From positions 27,282,001 to 27,346,000 of the forward strand of contig CM119372.1 of the NCBI GenBank assembly GCA_051294905.1: DNA of 64,000 nt, read 5' to 3'. The notes below the pieces were generated by a model. That model did no database searches and had not been told where the DNA came from. It saw only the letters and a list, made by a program, of their open reading frames with translations. A program made the position numbers and the translations under genes. Shown here in pieces: positions 13,724-27,331 of this stretch (within the stretch, counting starts at the first letter, position 1; each line of letters opens with the position of its first letter). The stretch comes from Botryllus schlosseri (taxonomy: Eukaryota).

Positions 13724-14805
13724 ACGTGATTGTTGAGAACTATTTGATTGTTCATATTGTCATCGATTGGCTAACGACCGTTTCAGAGTTAGCACGCGAA
13801 TCGGTTACTATAGCTGAGCGTATCATGTGCTTTCTGTTTCAATGTCTACATGCCTCAAAATATACCGTTTCGCTAATGGGGGATTAAACCACAATTCACC
13901 CTGTCTATGTCTGGCAAATATATTTAGCCTTATGTCGCAATTGATAACGGAAACTGTCACCAACGATTTGTAATTGACATTACTAATACCGATACATGCC
14001 CTGTACCGTATCGCACGAAACAGACGAAATATGCATAAGATGATTTCAGTAAATATGAGCGTGATGTCCCATAACATGCTAATCTATAACACCACGAAAT
14101 AGCAATGTTGGCGAATTGCGTTAAAAACCAATTATGCAGTTATTAAATGATATGCAGGATATACTAGAAACCTGGGGTCTCAAACACATAGCCCGCGGGC
14201 TGCATGTGGCCCGCGAGATCATCTTGTGCCGCTAGGGTTGGTTCGATTCAGACTTGGAGTAATCGCGATTAGTAATCGTAATCGATTACGACGATTACAG
14301 CATTTTGAAGTAATCGTAATCGCAATCGATTACATTCGAAAAAAATCCGAAGTAATCGTAATCGTAATCGACTACTTCCCATATCTAATCGATTTGTTTG
14401 TGAAGGAACGATTACTTTTTGTTTGGACAAGGACTATGACATAAACTGAATATTCGTGAACAAGAATGAGATAATATACCACGTTAGCATTAGCACAAAC
14501 GTCTGTTTTCAAACGCCACTGACTCGTTATTACGTCAGAAGTATTAGCTCCGCTCGTCATTGCGTGACAAGTATCCACACATAGTAAACCGACATGCGGT
14601 GGACATTGTAGTGTGATTGTAGGAACACCTCCCGTGGTGTATATCAGGTTATCAATACACTACAGAAGCCGCTACCTCGCAGCAGGATATTGATCACCAC
14701 TCTGCCTATAGTTTCAAATAGTAACTTATGTATAAATGTTTGGTTGTGCTTAGTTAAACGCAGTTTACCATTGCTGCTTGGCGAGCAGGAGGCCTACGTA
14801 CGCAC

Positions 14806-16088
14806 TAGGGTTGGATTATCCGGATAACGGTTAACCGGTTAACCGCAGGTATTTTCACTATCTGATATCCGGATATTTTTCTGCCGGTTAACCGGATAAA
14901 AAAGAATCGTTGATAATGCATTTTACACGTTTTAGTAAGCTTCAATAAGTCGTATTCAGTGTTGGCGCGGCCGATTAATGAGATACGTGTTGCCAATTAG
15001 CGAGATGCGTCTGTACACATTGCACAATGTAATGTGACGCGATCTCCTGCTGAGAAGATCGTTAAATTAGGTCATTGATTGCCGCGCGCTCGGCTATCGT
15101 CTCTGGCCTGATTTATCGCGTCTTCAACAAGCCGATAGTTCCACTGGATTGAAGAATCGCATCTGCAATGGGCCATGTGCAGTGTACACACTATTCCATC
15201 GCTGGTCTGCACAATCGCATCTTCATTGGCTTGGTGCTCACGATATTATCGTTGACCTACACAATCGCATCTGCAATAGGCCTACGAACAATATAATCGC
15301 TGGCCTAACCATCTCGGACCCAGCATGCATTGGCTCCTATCTCTCGATGGCTTGTTGACGATACGCAGTTAAGTGTATTCTAATTAGTGATTCTGAGAGT
15401 GACACCGCGAAACTGAATGACATCGAATGTTCGCAAAAATGTGCGTGCGTGCAAGCGTAATTGATTTCCACTGATGATTAATTCGAAAAAAAGAATCGAA
15501 ACCCCCTGATTTTATTTCAATCCCCCTACATTTTAGGCTGGCTGCGTGCCTGATCACATGAATTAGAGCGAGGTATCATGTCGGCATCAATTCCAGTATC
15601 AGCTAGTCGTCCTTCTAGTACTCCAAACCTAAACAAAAGGATGGTCAAAAGGATGTAAAGCCGTTTAAGTTTCCGGCGTACGACCTGCCAACCTTTTGAC
15701 TCTCTACGAAGCGCTGCTTTCTATTCAGCCCACTTCTGTGGAAGCTGAAAAAGCATTCAATGAACGTGGACTCTTTGTTACAAAATTCCGGTCCCGGCTA
15801 CAGGATCCCACAATTGATGCATCTGTGCTATAAAAAGAGGGCATTGCAGAAGCAGTGAACATTAAATTTGCGTGGTTTTTCTCGTATTCGCTCATACTGC
15901 GCGCGTAGGTAGGTACTCTACAATAACACTGTGTAATGATTTTGCGATCCGTTTTACATGCAGACCTAATGAAATCGATTGTCTCACTTAGCAGTTATTA
16001 TCCGGTTAGCCGGTTAGATAAATTTCAAAATATCCGGATATATCCGTTATCCGGATAGTGAAAATTATTGATATCCGAACTAACCCTA
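14806..16088 (+). mobile_element. Internally deleted hAT transposon with a transposase C-terminal remnant
   Basis: Termini tagggttgg / ctaacccta, perfect TSD gtacgcac. 15702-15833 translates LYEALLSIQPTSVEAEKAFNERGLFVTKFRSRLQDPTIDA, matching the hAT dimerisation motif (P.TS..SER.FS..G). Confidence 0.88.
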
Positions 16089-16703
16089 GTACGCACGTGC
16101 ACCTGACGAAGATTCGGAATTTTGAACTCGTCGAATAAGACATTGCAGTTTCCACAACGAAGCATTACAAATAAACAGCTGCTGATATATATCATAACCG
16201 GGCCGTGCTACCTGTAAAGCTGGGGCACGTAATTCATATTCATAGCATCTGGTATGTTGTTATAATTACTGTATGTTGGTAATTCGCGACCTCCAGTCCG
16301 TTGTATAATCACAAGATATTGTACTCGCCCAAACGTAGCAGACTAAAAGAATATCTTTTGTGAGACGCACACACAAATTGTCATGGCTTTATTCTTTTGT
16401 GGATGCGCCGGGTGACATTTGCATTGTGGGCCCAGATTGGAAGGATAGTAGTTATTAGTCCCGCCCACTCAGCGCGGCTATTGACAATGGACGAATACCC
16501 TGAGTTTCGGCCAAGGTATTTCTTTGGTATCACATCCCGTGGAGTTGCGTGTTGGCCGAAACTGCATATGTGTTTTGGTATGTTGTGGGATCGTGGCGCG
16601 GTAATGACCGGCTTCGAAATGCCTGTTCCCATAAAATATAGCCTATGCATGTTTTTTCTTGAGGGGAAGAGGTATGCATTTCAAACCCAGCTATCTACTG
16701 GAG

Positions 16704-17630
16704 CAGGGGTCACCAACTGCTTTGAAACAAAAAGCTACTTCTTGTGTAGTGTGTACTGATTATTGCGACGACCGACGGGTTACCTCGTTCTCCCGTCGTT
16801 TATCCATGTTCAGTTGGATTTCTTCACTTAGAGTAAGACAGTCAGAGCACTGGGTCGGGTTTCCGCCCCTTACCAAGAAAAAAAAACGCTCACTCGCAGG
16901 CACTCACACCGGCTCCTCCAAGCTCAGTTGCGTTGCTGCAGTGCGCGCAGAAGCGCCGATCTACGCGTCTAGACTCGGGAATATTAACTATATAGATTCC
17001 CCTTGAGCCGCCGCGTGGGCGGAGACAAGCAATGCCCCGAGCGACTGATGCGTTCGTATGTTCCTTGGCGTCGGCCGACCCATGTACAACTGCTGCTCAT
17101 ATGAAACGAGCTTCAACTATCAAATCTCTTATTTGGATATTTGCTACAGCGCAGTAGTGGCCATACGAACGGAGGGGGGGGCTGGGCGAGACTTACCGGG
17201 GCCCCTATAAGTATCTATCCGTAATTTATGGGGGACTTCGCCCCCCAGACCCCTCTTTCGCATCTGTTATTATTATCTATATCTATCAAGGTTTGGCCAG
17301 GTGCTGGATTCGGCCATGTCTATTTCTTCATATGTGCAAAGATACATTACATTAAAACTAAGTAATTCCACCGCATGCAGAGACGTGATGATTATCGGGA
17401 TATGGTACTTTGATGATTTGATGATGATTGACACATCTGTACGGAATCCTATTCTTGCCTTACACGGATTTCCATGTTTATTCGTTATTATCCTTGAAAA
17501 AAGCGCATAATCCAAATAGGGGAGCCCTTCGGCCAGCCCCCGCTGGCGACCGCCCACCTCGCCCACGCTAAAAGCCACCACTACTACAGCGACCGCGGGC
17601 GACTCATTTGGTCCGCGTTGGTGACCCCTG
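16704..17630. mobile_element. hAT/Charlie-like element containing a nested element (17152-17583)
   Basis: TIR caggggtcaccaac / gttggtgacccctg, TSD tactggag/tactagag. The inner element has TSD ctacagcg. Confidence 0.88.
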
Positions 17631-18294
17631 TACTAGAGATATTTGAATCGCAAAGCTCGAAAAATATTTACAAGAATTAAATAGATTCTCGAAAATGCTC
17701 TATCATATATGTTGGTTTACGAAATACTTCTGAGTCCCCTTCGAGCACGCTCCTCACTCTATCAAGGAATTTGGGGCGCGGCAGGTAAAAACCTGGCTAT
17801 AATGGAAATCGTTGGATGCGATAAATCATCCACTATAAAGTTGGGCAATTGATATATTATGACGTAATAAGCAAATGACGCATGATGAAGAAAGTTGATA
17901 TCTCATTAAGCCTTTTCATCGCAATCCTTGTATTGTCTTCCCATGTATCATTTAAGATTATAGTCCTAAGCAGAACAAATGTAATCGTGAGTAATCGTGA
18001 TTACTTTTTCAATGTAATCGTAATCGTAATCGACTACTTCCTGATTTGGCTGTAATCGTAATCGTAATCGTAATCGCGTGATTCAGAAGTAATCGTAATC
18101 GCAATCGATTACATTCATAAAGTAATCACCCCATGTCTGTTCGATTTGTTTGAAATAAGGTCAGATTCTTTTGAAATGACGTCAGTCTCATGTTTGAAAT
18201 GAGGATAGTCATGTTAGAAATAAGGATAGTCATGTTTGAAATAAGGATAGTCGCTATATTCACTTTGCAGTAACAAGAACGATTTCCCAGTGGT

Positions 18295-19785
18295 ATCGCA
18301 GTCCGAACACAGCCCAGACATGATGTCCTAACACTCCCCAGACATGATGTCCTAGTGTCAACACAGTCCTAACACACCCCAGACATGATGTCCGAACACG
18401 CGCCAGACGCAACGTCTGAGTGTCAACACAGGCCGAGCACGCCCAAGACACCATGTCTGAACACGCGCCAGACACGATGTCCGAGTATCAACACAGGCCG
18501 AACACGCCCAAGACACCATGTCCGAACACGCGCCAGACACGATGTCCGAGTATCAGCACAGGACTAACACGCCCAAGACACCATGTCAGAATGGCAGCAC
18601 AGGCCAAACACACCCCAGACATGATGCCCGAACACGTCCCAGACACGATGTCCGAGTGTCGACACAGGCCTAACACGCCCAAGACACCATGTCTGAATGG
18701 GAACACAGATCGAACACGCCCCAGACACAATGTTTGAATGGCAATAGCACAGGCCGAACACACCCCAGACATGATGTCCGAAAACGCCCCAGACACGATG
18801 TTCGAGTGTCAAGTCAGTCCAAACACAACCCAGACACCATTTTTGAATGACCGATATCACCCCAGACATGATGTCCAAACACGCGCCAGACACGATGTCC
18901 GAGTATCAACACAGGCCGAACACGACCAAGACACCATGTCCGAATGGCAACACAGATCGAACACGCCCCAGACACAATGTTTGAATGGCAATAGCACAGG
19001 CCGAACACACCCCAGACATGATGTCCGAGCTCGCCGCAGACACGATGTCCGACTGTCAACACAGGCCGAACACGCCCAAGACACCATGTCCGAATGGCAG
19101 CACAGATCGAACACGCCCCAGACACCATGTTTGAATGGCAATAGCACAGGCTGAACACACCCCAGACATGATGTCCGGACTCGCCGCAGACACGATGTCC
19201 GAGTATCAACACAGGCCGAACACGCCCAAGAAACCATGTCCGAACACGCGCCAGACACGATGTCCGAGTGTCAACACAGGCCGAACACGCCCGTCAAGAC
19301 ACCATGTCCAAATGGCAGAACATGCCGAACACACCCCAGGCATGATGTCCGAACACGCCCAAGACACGATGTCCGAGTGTCAACACAGGCCTAACACGCC
19401 CTAGACACCATGTCTGAATGGCAACACAGACCGAACACGCCCCAGACACGATGTCCGAGTGTCAACTCAGTCCGAACACAACCCAGACACCATGTTTGAA
19501 TGGTCCATCTCACCCCAGACATAATGTTCGAGGGCACGCCAGACACGATGTCCGAGTATCAACACAGGCCGAACATGCCCAAGACACCATGTCCGAATGG
19601 CAACACAGACCGAACACGCCCCAGACACCATGTTTGAATGGCAATAGCACAGGCCGAACACACCCCAGACATGATGTCCGAACTCGCCGCAGACACGATG
19701 TCCGAGTGTCAACACAGGCCGAACACGCCTCAGACATAATGTCTGAATGGCAGCACAGGCCGAACACACCCCATACCAGACATGG
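18295..19785. repeat. Complex minisatellite of ~19-23 bp subunits with higher-order repeats
   Basis: Recurrent ccgaacacgccc(c/a)agacac(c/g)atgt and gtgtcaacacagg subunits. Preceded by a short 21 bp tandem (gaaataaggatagtcatgttt) at ~18185-18252. Confidence 0.95.
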
Positions 19786-22700
19786 GGTGATTACTTCACG
19801 AATGTAATCGATTGCGATTACGATTACTTGTGAATCCAGCGATTACGATTACGATTACAGCAAAATCAGGAAGTAGTCGATTACGATTACATTTCAAAGG
19901 TAATCACGATTACTCACGATTACATTCGATTTGCTTCTTCGAACTAATTTCAGAAGAGATATTGGAAGACAATATAAGACTTGCGATTAAAAGGTCTAAT
20001 GAGAAAACAACTTTATTTATAAACCATAGGTTATTTGCTTGTTACGTCATAATGCACCCATTGCCCAACTCTATACAGGACTATTCGTCGCACCCAACGA
20101 TTTGCATTCTTGCCAGGTCCGTAACTGCCACACCCCACTCTCCCCAATAGGACCAGGAGCGAGCTCTAAGGGGACTCAAAAGTATTTCGTAAATCAACAT
20201 AAATTATTATAGAGTATTTTCAAGAGAGTTAATTAACTTGAAAATTTTCTTCGAGCTTCGGGATTTAATGTCTCTAAATAGCTTGATTTTGAAATGCGTA
20301 CCTCTCCCCCTCAAGAAAAAAAGCATGCATAATTTATAGGAATAGGCATTTCGGTGGCGGTCATTACCCCGCCACGACACACCAAAAGACGTATGCCATT
20401 TCGACAAACATGCAACTCCACAAAGTGTGCTACCAAAGAATGACATTGGCCAAAACTTTGGGTATGTGTCCATTGCCAGTAGCCGGCGTGACGAATAGTC
20501 CGGTCCTTCCAATCTGAGCCCCAACAATGCAAATGCTACCCAAGGCACTCACAGAGGAATGAAGACATGACAATTCGTGTGTGCGTCTCACGAAAGTTTT
20601 TTCTTTTAGTCTGCTACGTTTGGGCGACTACAGTATCTTTTGATTATGTAAAAGACGGGAGGTCACGAATTAACAACATACAATAAAGTAATTACACCAA
20701 CATATCAGATGCTATAATTATGAATTACGTGCCCCCAGCTCTACTGGTAAATCTGAATGACTCGACTCGACTCGAATCCATTTTTGTATGGACTCGACTT
20801 GACTTTATTTCTGTCTCTTGCAAGAATAGACTGTGGCGTATGGTCCGGCTCCAACAGTTATGGCTTAAGTTAACTTAGGTTTGGGCTCATTAGGCCCATT
20901 TACATGGCGGTTTAAGTCAGCTTCGAAGCTGACTCGTCGATCCGACTCTCTCGTATTCGATGAAGAGAAAAAAGCAAACTGCTTAAGTCGAATCGAGCCT
21001 CAAGCTGTCATGGGTGGGTTTACGATGGGTGGTTTACGATCGGCTTGAGTATTCGGCGATTTTCCTTGGCCGGCGTTGGTTTTTGCCGCCCAGGATATTG
21101 GCATCGTAATTCATATTTCTCATCTGTTGGTGAGAAATTGGGCAAACATGGCAAGAAAAGGTGTAGTTACTTTGTAAGTGCTCGCATGTTTACGATGGTA
21201 TACATGTAATACACCAGTACCGGTGTAGCAACCGTGCTCTTTTATGACAGTTTTGTAGCCTTGTTGCTGTCATCAACTACATAAAATGGCGAACAAGGTA
21301 AAGACATTACATCTGTATTTCTACTTCTCAGACTACAGTTCGGAAGATATGTGGATTGTACCGGTGTAACAATTCGACTACGACATGCCGAGTCGCACAT
21401 GTAACCATGCCTATTGTCTAGTTATTGTTTCTGTTTATTGTAATTGTTTATTTGATACCAATAACATTTATGCCATTTGAAACTTACGTTTTAACTAACA
21501 TTCACTCCTTATGATACTTACAAGAGTCATGTTTTTTAATGACAAAATTGGCGAGTCCTGTCCTGTAATATTATTCTTGGTAAGCCAGGTTATCAATACT
21601 GATCCTTCAGTTCAGTAGTTCTCAAACTTTATAGACACGCCCGCTTGATGATAGTGAAAAATTTCGTGCCCCCCCCCCCCTTATTGTCATATGAAAACAT
21701 ATACTATTAAAAAGGGAAACCAGAAGGATTGCAATCCAAACGCATAGTCTAATTGCATGGAAGGTTATCCCTGTTAAGGGACCTCTCAAATACGAAATCC
21801 GGACTATACACACAGCAGTAATGATGAGCTGACATCAAATTGCTGCCATAAAATGGGTTTCTCATGAGTGACATTCTACAAAATGGGTACTGAATGAGCA
21901 TACTCGGCGGGGCTTCGTCGTCGTTCCAAAGCCACTTCGATTCAAATCCCTGCTTGCTAGATTCAAAAGTCATTTTATTCATGGCATATGACATGACCTC
22001 ATATTCAAATATCTTATTTGTCCATTTCTCCACTCTGCACATAAGCTTGACCACTGTAGTTATTGGATTTCACTACGCTTGCGTATTCGACATGATCATT
22101 GATCAGCATCATCAGTATAACCTCAAAAACAATATAGATTCGGCATGCAACTTTACTGGCATTAAAATATTATTATAATGATGCGAAAATATCCTACATT
22201 AATTCTGTTGAATATGAATATAAGTTGGTCCATTATCGGGAATTTCGACAAAATATATACATTGGTATTGTTGTTATAGCGGTCATTTCATGCAGCATTT
22301 CCGTCAATCAACCTCACTTACATTCAAATATGTCAGCTACTGTATTGAATGGAGCATCCATATCGATTTACATGGATACGCGCGCTGACTCACTTCGAAT
22401 TAGTAGTTTATAATTGGCATACCACCAAGATTGGCTGGTTTGTTGAGGTTATTATAACATGCAATTATGCAATTTAACTGCTTAAAAGTGAAAATGTTAG
22501 TTGAATTGAAGTTGAATCGAATTTGGATGATTTGATTTGACCCGAGTCATTTTGAAAATTTGCGTTACTTGAGTCGTGACTGGACTTCCTTCAAAATTTA
22601 ATGACTTGTGACTCGAAGGTAGTAACTTGATCCCGACACTTGTGAAAAATACTACATATTGTTTGGGTTTGAAAATGATCAATCAATCTCGAGTACCTAA

Positions 22701-23502
22701 CAATCCCTTCATTCACAGAACAACCGGTGGTCAAGTTGAAAATGAAAAGCACTGCGTAAAACGCAAGTGAACATTTTCCAAGGTCGCACAGTCTGATTAG
22801 ATACGACGAGAAGAGTGTTATTAACCCCGATGCGAACGTCATAATTTACTAATCTGCTGATGATGACATGGCCATATATTTGTATGAATATTTTTCTGTG
22901 GCTGGTTATTTCCTACATTTATAATATATCATTACCATTGCTCCGTTATCCTCCATCAATTATTATTTTACCTGTCAGTATCTTTGGGGATTCTGTTCAT
23001 CTTCAGAGATTCTGTAGAATTGAGCTTCTAGCATGAAGCTCAATGCTTCTGCTTCTAGAAGCAGAATGCTTCTGCTAACATGCTTTCAAATTTGCACCTC
23101 AGTTAGAAAAAATGTTCAGGAGACACTAGTATTCGCAATGTGCTTTTGTCAGAACCTCTTGCAACGTTCTATTGCTACAGTATCAAACAGAAGCACTCCG
23201 CACAGAGCTCTGACATATCAGTGCATATATATTTAAAACCGTGCCGAAAGTATCATATTTGCATATTGTAAGAGAGTTGAACTATTGAACTAAAGAACTA
23301 TAATCAAGCAAGTGCGCCGAGCCATTCAATAAACTGTAAATAGTGCGTAGGCGTTTAATTTGATAACCCAAAATTTCACGTCCATGCAGTATCATTTCCA
23401 AGTGCAATTTATTTTACGAATTCTACTTTCATACAGAGACAGGGGCATTGTGCAAGATTGGTGAGAATGACAATTTTTATAACTTTTTGGTAGGTTAAAA
23501 TT

Positions 23503-24418
23503 AAGGGATGGTGCAAACCCCTGAAAGGTTCTGGTTCATGTGAACGCGAACCTTTTTAAAAGGTTATGTGAGAACGCGATCGTTAGCTATGACGTCACCT
23601 GGCGTCATATTCCCAATTCCTACCCTACATTTCCGTAAAGTAATATATTAATGTATATGATAACTAGCGACGACTCGGGTCACATTATGCCATAATACTG
23701 AAGTAGTCTACATGCGGACTTTTTAAACGCCACCTAATGTATCCACTGTAACAATCAAATGCTATAAAAATTCCACAAAATCAATATCTTCCGTCGCTTT
23801 GCCAGCAATTTCAAAGAGGACTCGCCTAGACCGGACAGACGTATTTTTAAGAGTGAAACGACGGTTTCTATACTTGTGACAGATATATCAAAAACAATAT
23901 GTACAGTAACCAAAACCCTAATCTGGTATCCAATAAGGATATCGAAACAAGATAGATCTTTTACGCATGATAGATTTTTTACATTAGATATCGATGTATT
24001 CTTTATATCAATTTCGTTGATGTAAATATAAATGATTGGTTATAGTATTTTTCGGTCTTGTTATTGCGTGATTGCGGGAAAAAACTCACAGCAGAGAGTT
24101 ACTAAAGATTCACAAACATAACGCAGAAAATTCCGACCAAACTTTTGAGCAAATAATTTTTTGAAATCGACAAGGAGCATGCACGTTTAGTGCTGAGTTT
24201 CTTTTCATGGTGCCGATGCCTTTCGGAGAGTGGTCCGAAATTGGAAAGCAAAGAATTTCAACAAAAGACAGATCGTTATAATGAAATGAAAAATTGTAAT
24301 ACATGAAAAAGGTTCACCATGCAGAACCTACCAAGGTTCGTTTGCGAACGCTATCCACCAAATTTCCGAGGTTCACACACAGAACGCGAACGCGAACCTC
24401 ACGTTCACAACATCCCTA
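23503..24418. mobile_element. Family A element, diverged copy (mirror 42700-43615)
   Basis: Degenerate TIRs, TSD ttaaaatt/ttaaaaat. Confidence 0.8.
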
Positions 24419-24546
24419 TTAAAAATGTTTTTAAATGGATTTTTCTTGTCAATGGAGGACCAAGCAATACCATCAACGTAAGCGAGGCTCTGCTTACTTG
24501 AAGGGTGAGTTAGGCACGACTATTAGGTGATTATATAGGTAATGCC

Positions 24547-25544
24547 TAGGGATGGTGTGAACGTGAGGTTCACGTTCGCGTTCTGTGTGTGAACCTCAGA
24601 TATTTAGAGGTTCACGTTCACAAAAGAACCTTGGTAGGTTCTGCACTGTGAACCTTTTTCATATATTACAATTTTCACTTCATTATAGCATCTTTGGTTG
24701 AAATTTATTTCATTTCAACTGCGGGCCCGGCATATGCATGGCGCTGGCAGCATAAAAATCAACACCAAACAAGCATGCACCTTGACGATCTCAAACATTT
24801 TACTTGCTTTGTTACAATTGTTTGCTCGAGATATCCAGCTTTCCGTTTGCGAATATTTAGTGACTCATCTCTGCTGTGAGTTTGACCCGCAATCACACAA
24901 CATCAAGAGCGAAACACTACATGTAGGTAGTCAGCGAATGACTCTTATCCAGGGATATCTAGAAGTTCTAGATATCCCTGCTCTTATCCATCCAATCAAC
25001 GAAATTGATATCGTTGTCTGATGTAAAAAATCTAGCAGGCGTACGGCGTCAATCTCGATTTCATATGTTTATTGTATCATGAAAACCAACTCCGTGGATT
25101 GGGGTGTTGGCTACTGCTATAACATGTTAAAGGGGTAATATCGGTAGCAAGTAGGGAAACCCGTTTTACACTCTGCTCAATATCAACTTAGCAATACTCG
25201 GGAGCCGAATACATTGACCGGTCTGACCTTAACCGTTGAGGCGTAAGCTTATATTCACTTGCAAGTTCTCGTCGAAATTGTGGCAAAGCTACTCAAGATA
25301 TTGATTTTCCGGTATGATTATATCAATTGATTGCCCCAGTTGATACATCTGCAGACGTTTAAAACATCAATAGGTATTTCAGCATTGTGGCATTATGTGG
25401 CCCGAATCGTCGCTAGGTATTGCAAGACTATCACTTCACTGAAATGTAGGGTTGAAATTAGCAATATGACGTCACGTGACGTCACGAGGTTCACGTTCGC
25501 GTTCACACAGAACCCGAACCTTTTAGAGGTTCACACCCTCCCTA
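24547..25544. mobile_element. Family A element (mirror 41545-42571)
   Basis: TIRs present, TSD gtaatgcc/gtaattcc. Confidence 0.9.
24950..24980. mobile_element. 31 bp hairpin insertion with 8 bp TSD (mirror 42138-42168)
   Basis: cagggatatctagaa-g-ttctagatatccctg, flanked by ctcttatc on both sides. Absent at the homologous site of other family A copies. Confidence 0.88.
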
Positions 25545-26141
25545 GTAATTCCACCTGATTAAAATTGGTTGGAAGCAACTAGCAACTTAATATTCCTTTA
25601 ACAGTCGGACCAGTCATCGCACGCGAATACGAGCATGAAGACCCAACAATTGCTAATTGCGTCAGTGACGACATCCATTGCAAGCAGCTTCCTAAGGCGT
25701 ATCTGTAAGTAATCTTACATAGGACCACGCCGAATCGAGTACATGACTGATTCCATTTTGGGAAATAAGCCACGAGTCAAATATTTGAGTGTCATTTGTT
25801 ATGAAACCATAACAGTAATACTTGTAGAGTTTCTATTGTGTCCCATTTATGCGATCGCGAAGTATAAGTAATGTAAGTCGGACTTATTTCATAAATATAC
25901 TTTCAATTTGGTAACCGAACTCTGAAATAGCGCTCTGAGAGGACGCCCAAGGTCAAGCCCTATACTTCAAAGAAATGCCGTCTCCAGCGCATGTTATATC
26001 TTGCTCTGTGTGTTTTGAAAGAAATGATACCGACATAAGCAGTGGGGGCTTCTGGGGTGGGCGAGGTGGGCCGTCGCCAGGGGACCCCCCTGGTCGAAGG
26101 GCCCCCCTCTTTGCTTTATGCGATTTTTTCAAGGAATATAG

Positions 26142-27134
26142 TAGGGATGATGTGAACCTCTGAAAGGTTCAGGTTCGTGTGAACGCGAACCTTTTTGAAA
26201 GGTTCTGTGTGAACGCGAACGTGAACCTCATGACGTCACGTGACGTCATATTGCTAATTCCAACTCTATCTTTCAATCAAGTGATAGCCTATATTAATGT
26301 ACACCATACCTAGCGACGACTCGGGCCATGTAATGCCACAACGCTGAAGTACATATTGGCGTTTTAAACGTCGCTAAATGTATCAACTGAGGCAATCAAA
26401 TGATATAATACCCCCATATATCATCCGTCGCTTTGCCAACAATTTCGACGAGGAGTTGCAAGGGAATATAAGCTTGCCCCTTATAACGGTCTTGGCCAGA
26501 CCGGACAATGTATTCGGCGTCTGAGTATTGCTACATTGAGATTGGGCAGAGTGTAAAACAGGTTTCTATACTTGCCAGCGGTATTAGGCTACCCCACAAG
26601 ATATACAGCTGTAGCCAACACCTCAATCGCACGTATTTGGTTTTAATGATACAGTGAACAGATGAAGTCAAGATTAAACCCGTACGCCTGCTAGATTTGT
26701 TACATCAAAAACGATATCCATCTCATTGATTGGTTGAATAAGCATCATTCGCTGACTACATGTAGTGTATGTCGCTCGTGATGTTGTGTGATTGCGGGTT
26801 AAGCTCACAGCAGAGTCACTAAATATCCACAAACGGAAAGCTGGATATTTCGAGCAAACTTTTGTAACAAAGCAAGTAAAATCTTTGAGATTGTCAAGGT
26901 GCATGCTCGTTTTGTTGTTAATTTTTTATGCTGCCAGCGCCATGCATAGAGTTGCCCGCAGTTGAAATGTAATAAATTCGAACCAAAGATGTCATAATGA
27001 AGTGAAAATTGTAATATATGTAAAGAGGTTCACAATGCAGAACCTATCAAGGTTCTGTTGTGAACGCGAACCTCTAAATTTCCGAGGTTCACACACAGAA
27101 CGCGAACGTGAACTTCACGTTCACACCATCCCTA
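26142..27134. mobile_element. Family A element, full length ~1 kb (mirror 39955-40947)
   Basis: TIRs present, perfect TSD gaatatag. Confidence 0.92.
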
Positions 27135-27164
27135 GAATATAGCGAATAAACGGAGAAATCCCAG

Positions 27165-27201
27165 CAGGGATATCTAGAACTAGTAGTTCTAGATATCCCT
27201 G
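27165..27201. mobile_element. 37 bp hairpin insertion with 8 bp TSD (mirror 39888-39924)
   Basis: cagggatatctagaacta-g-tagttctagatatccctg, flanked by aatcccag on both sides. Confidence 0.88.
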
Positions 27202-27331
27202 AATCCCAGTACCAATCAAGAATATGATTCCGTACAGATGGGTCAATCATCATCAAATCTATGCATTTGTTAGAAAAGTCCCATATCCAGATAATCATCA
27301 CGTCTCTGCATGCGTTAGAATTACTCAGTTG

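Larger units (their letters stand above)
16209..20749. repeat. Old diverged inverted duplication: arms ~16209-18139 and ~19778-20749
   Basis: Arms align colinearly in reverse complement at roughly 80-85% by eye, once the 16704-17630 insertion is removed from the left arm. Confidence 0.85.

Noticed and set aside
18295..19785. CRISPR array
   Set aside because: There are no unique spacers, as all intervening sequence is itself repeated. The context is eukaryotic and no cas genes are present.
20893..21413. PIF/Harbinger-like MITE (ggcccatttacatg ... catgtaaccatgcc)
   Set aside because: The TIRs are imperfect and the TSD is ambiguous, so the call is not well enough supported.
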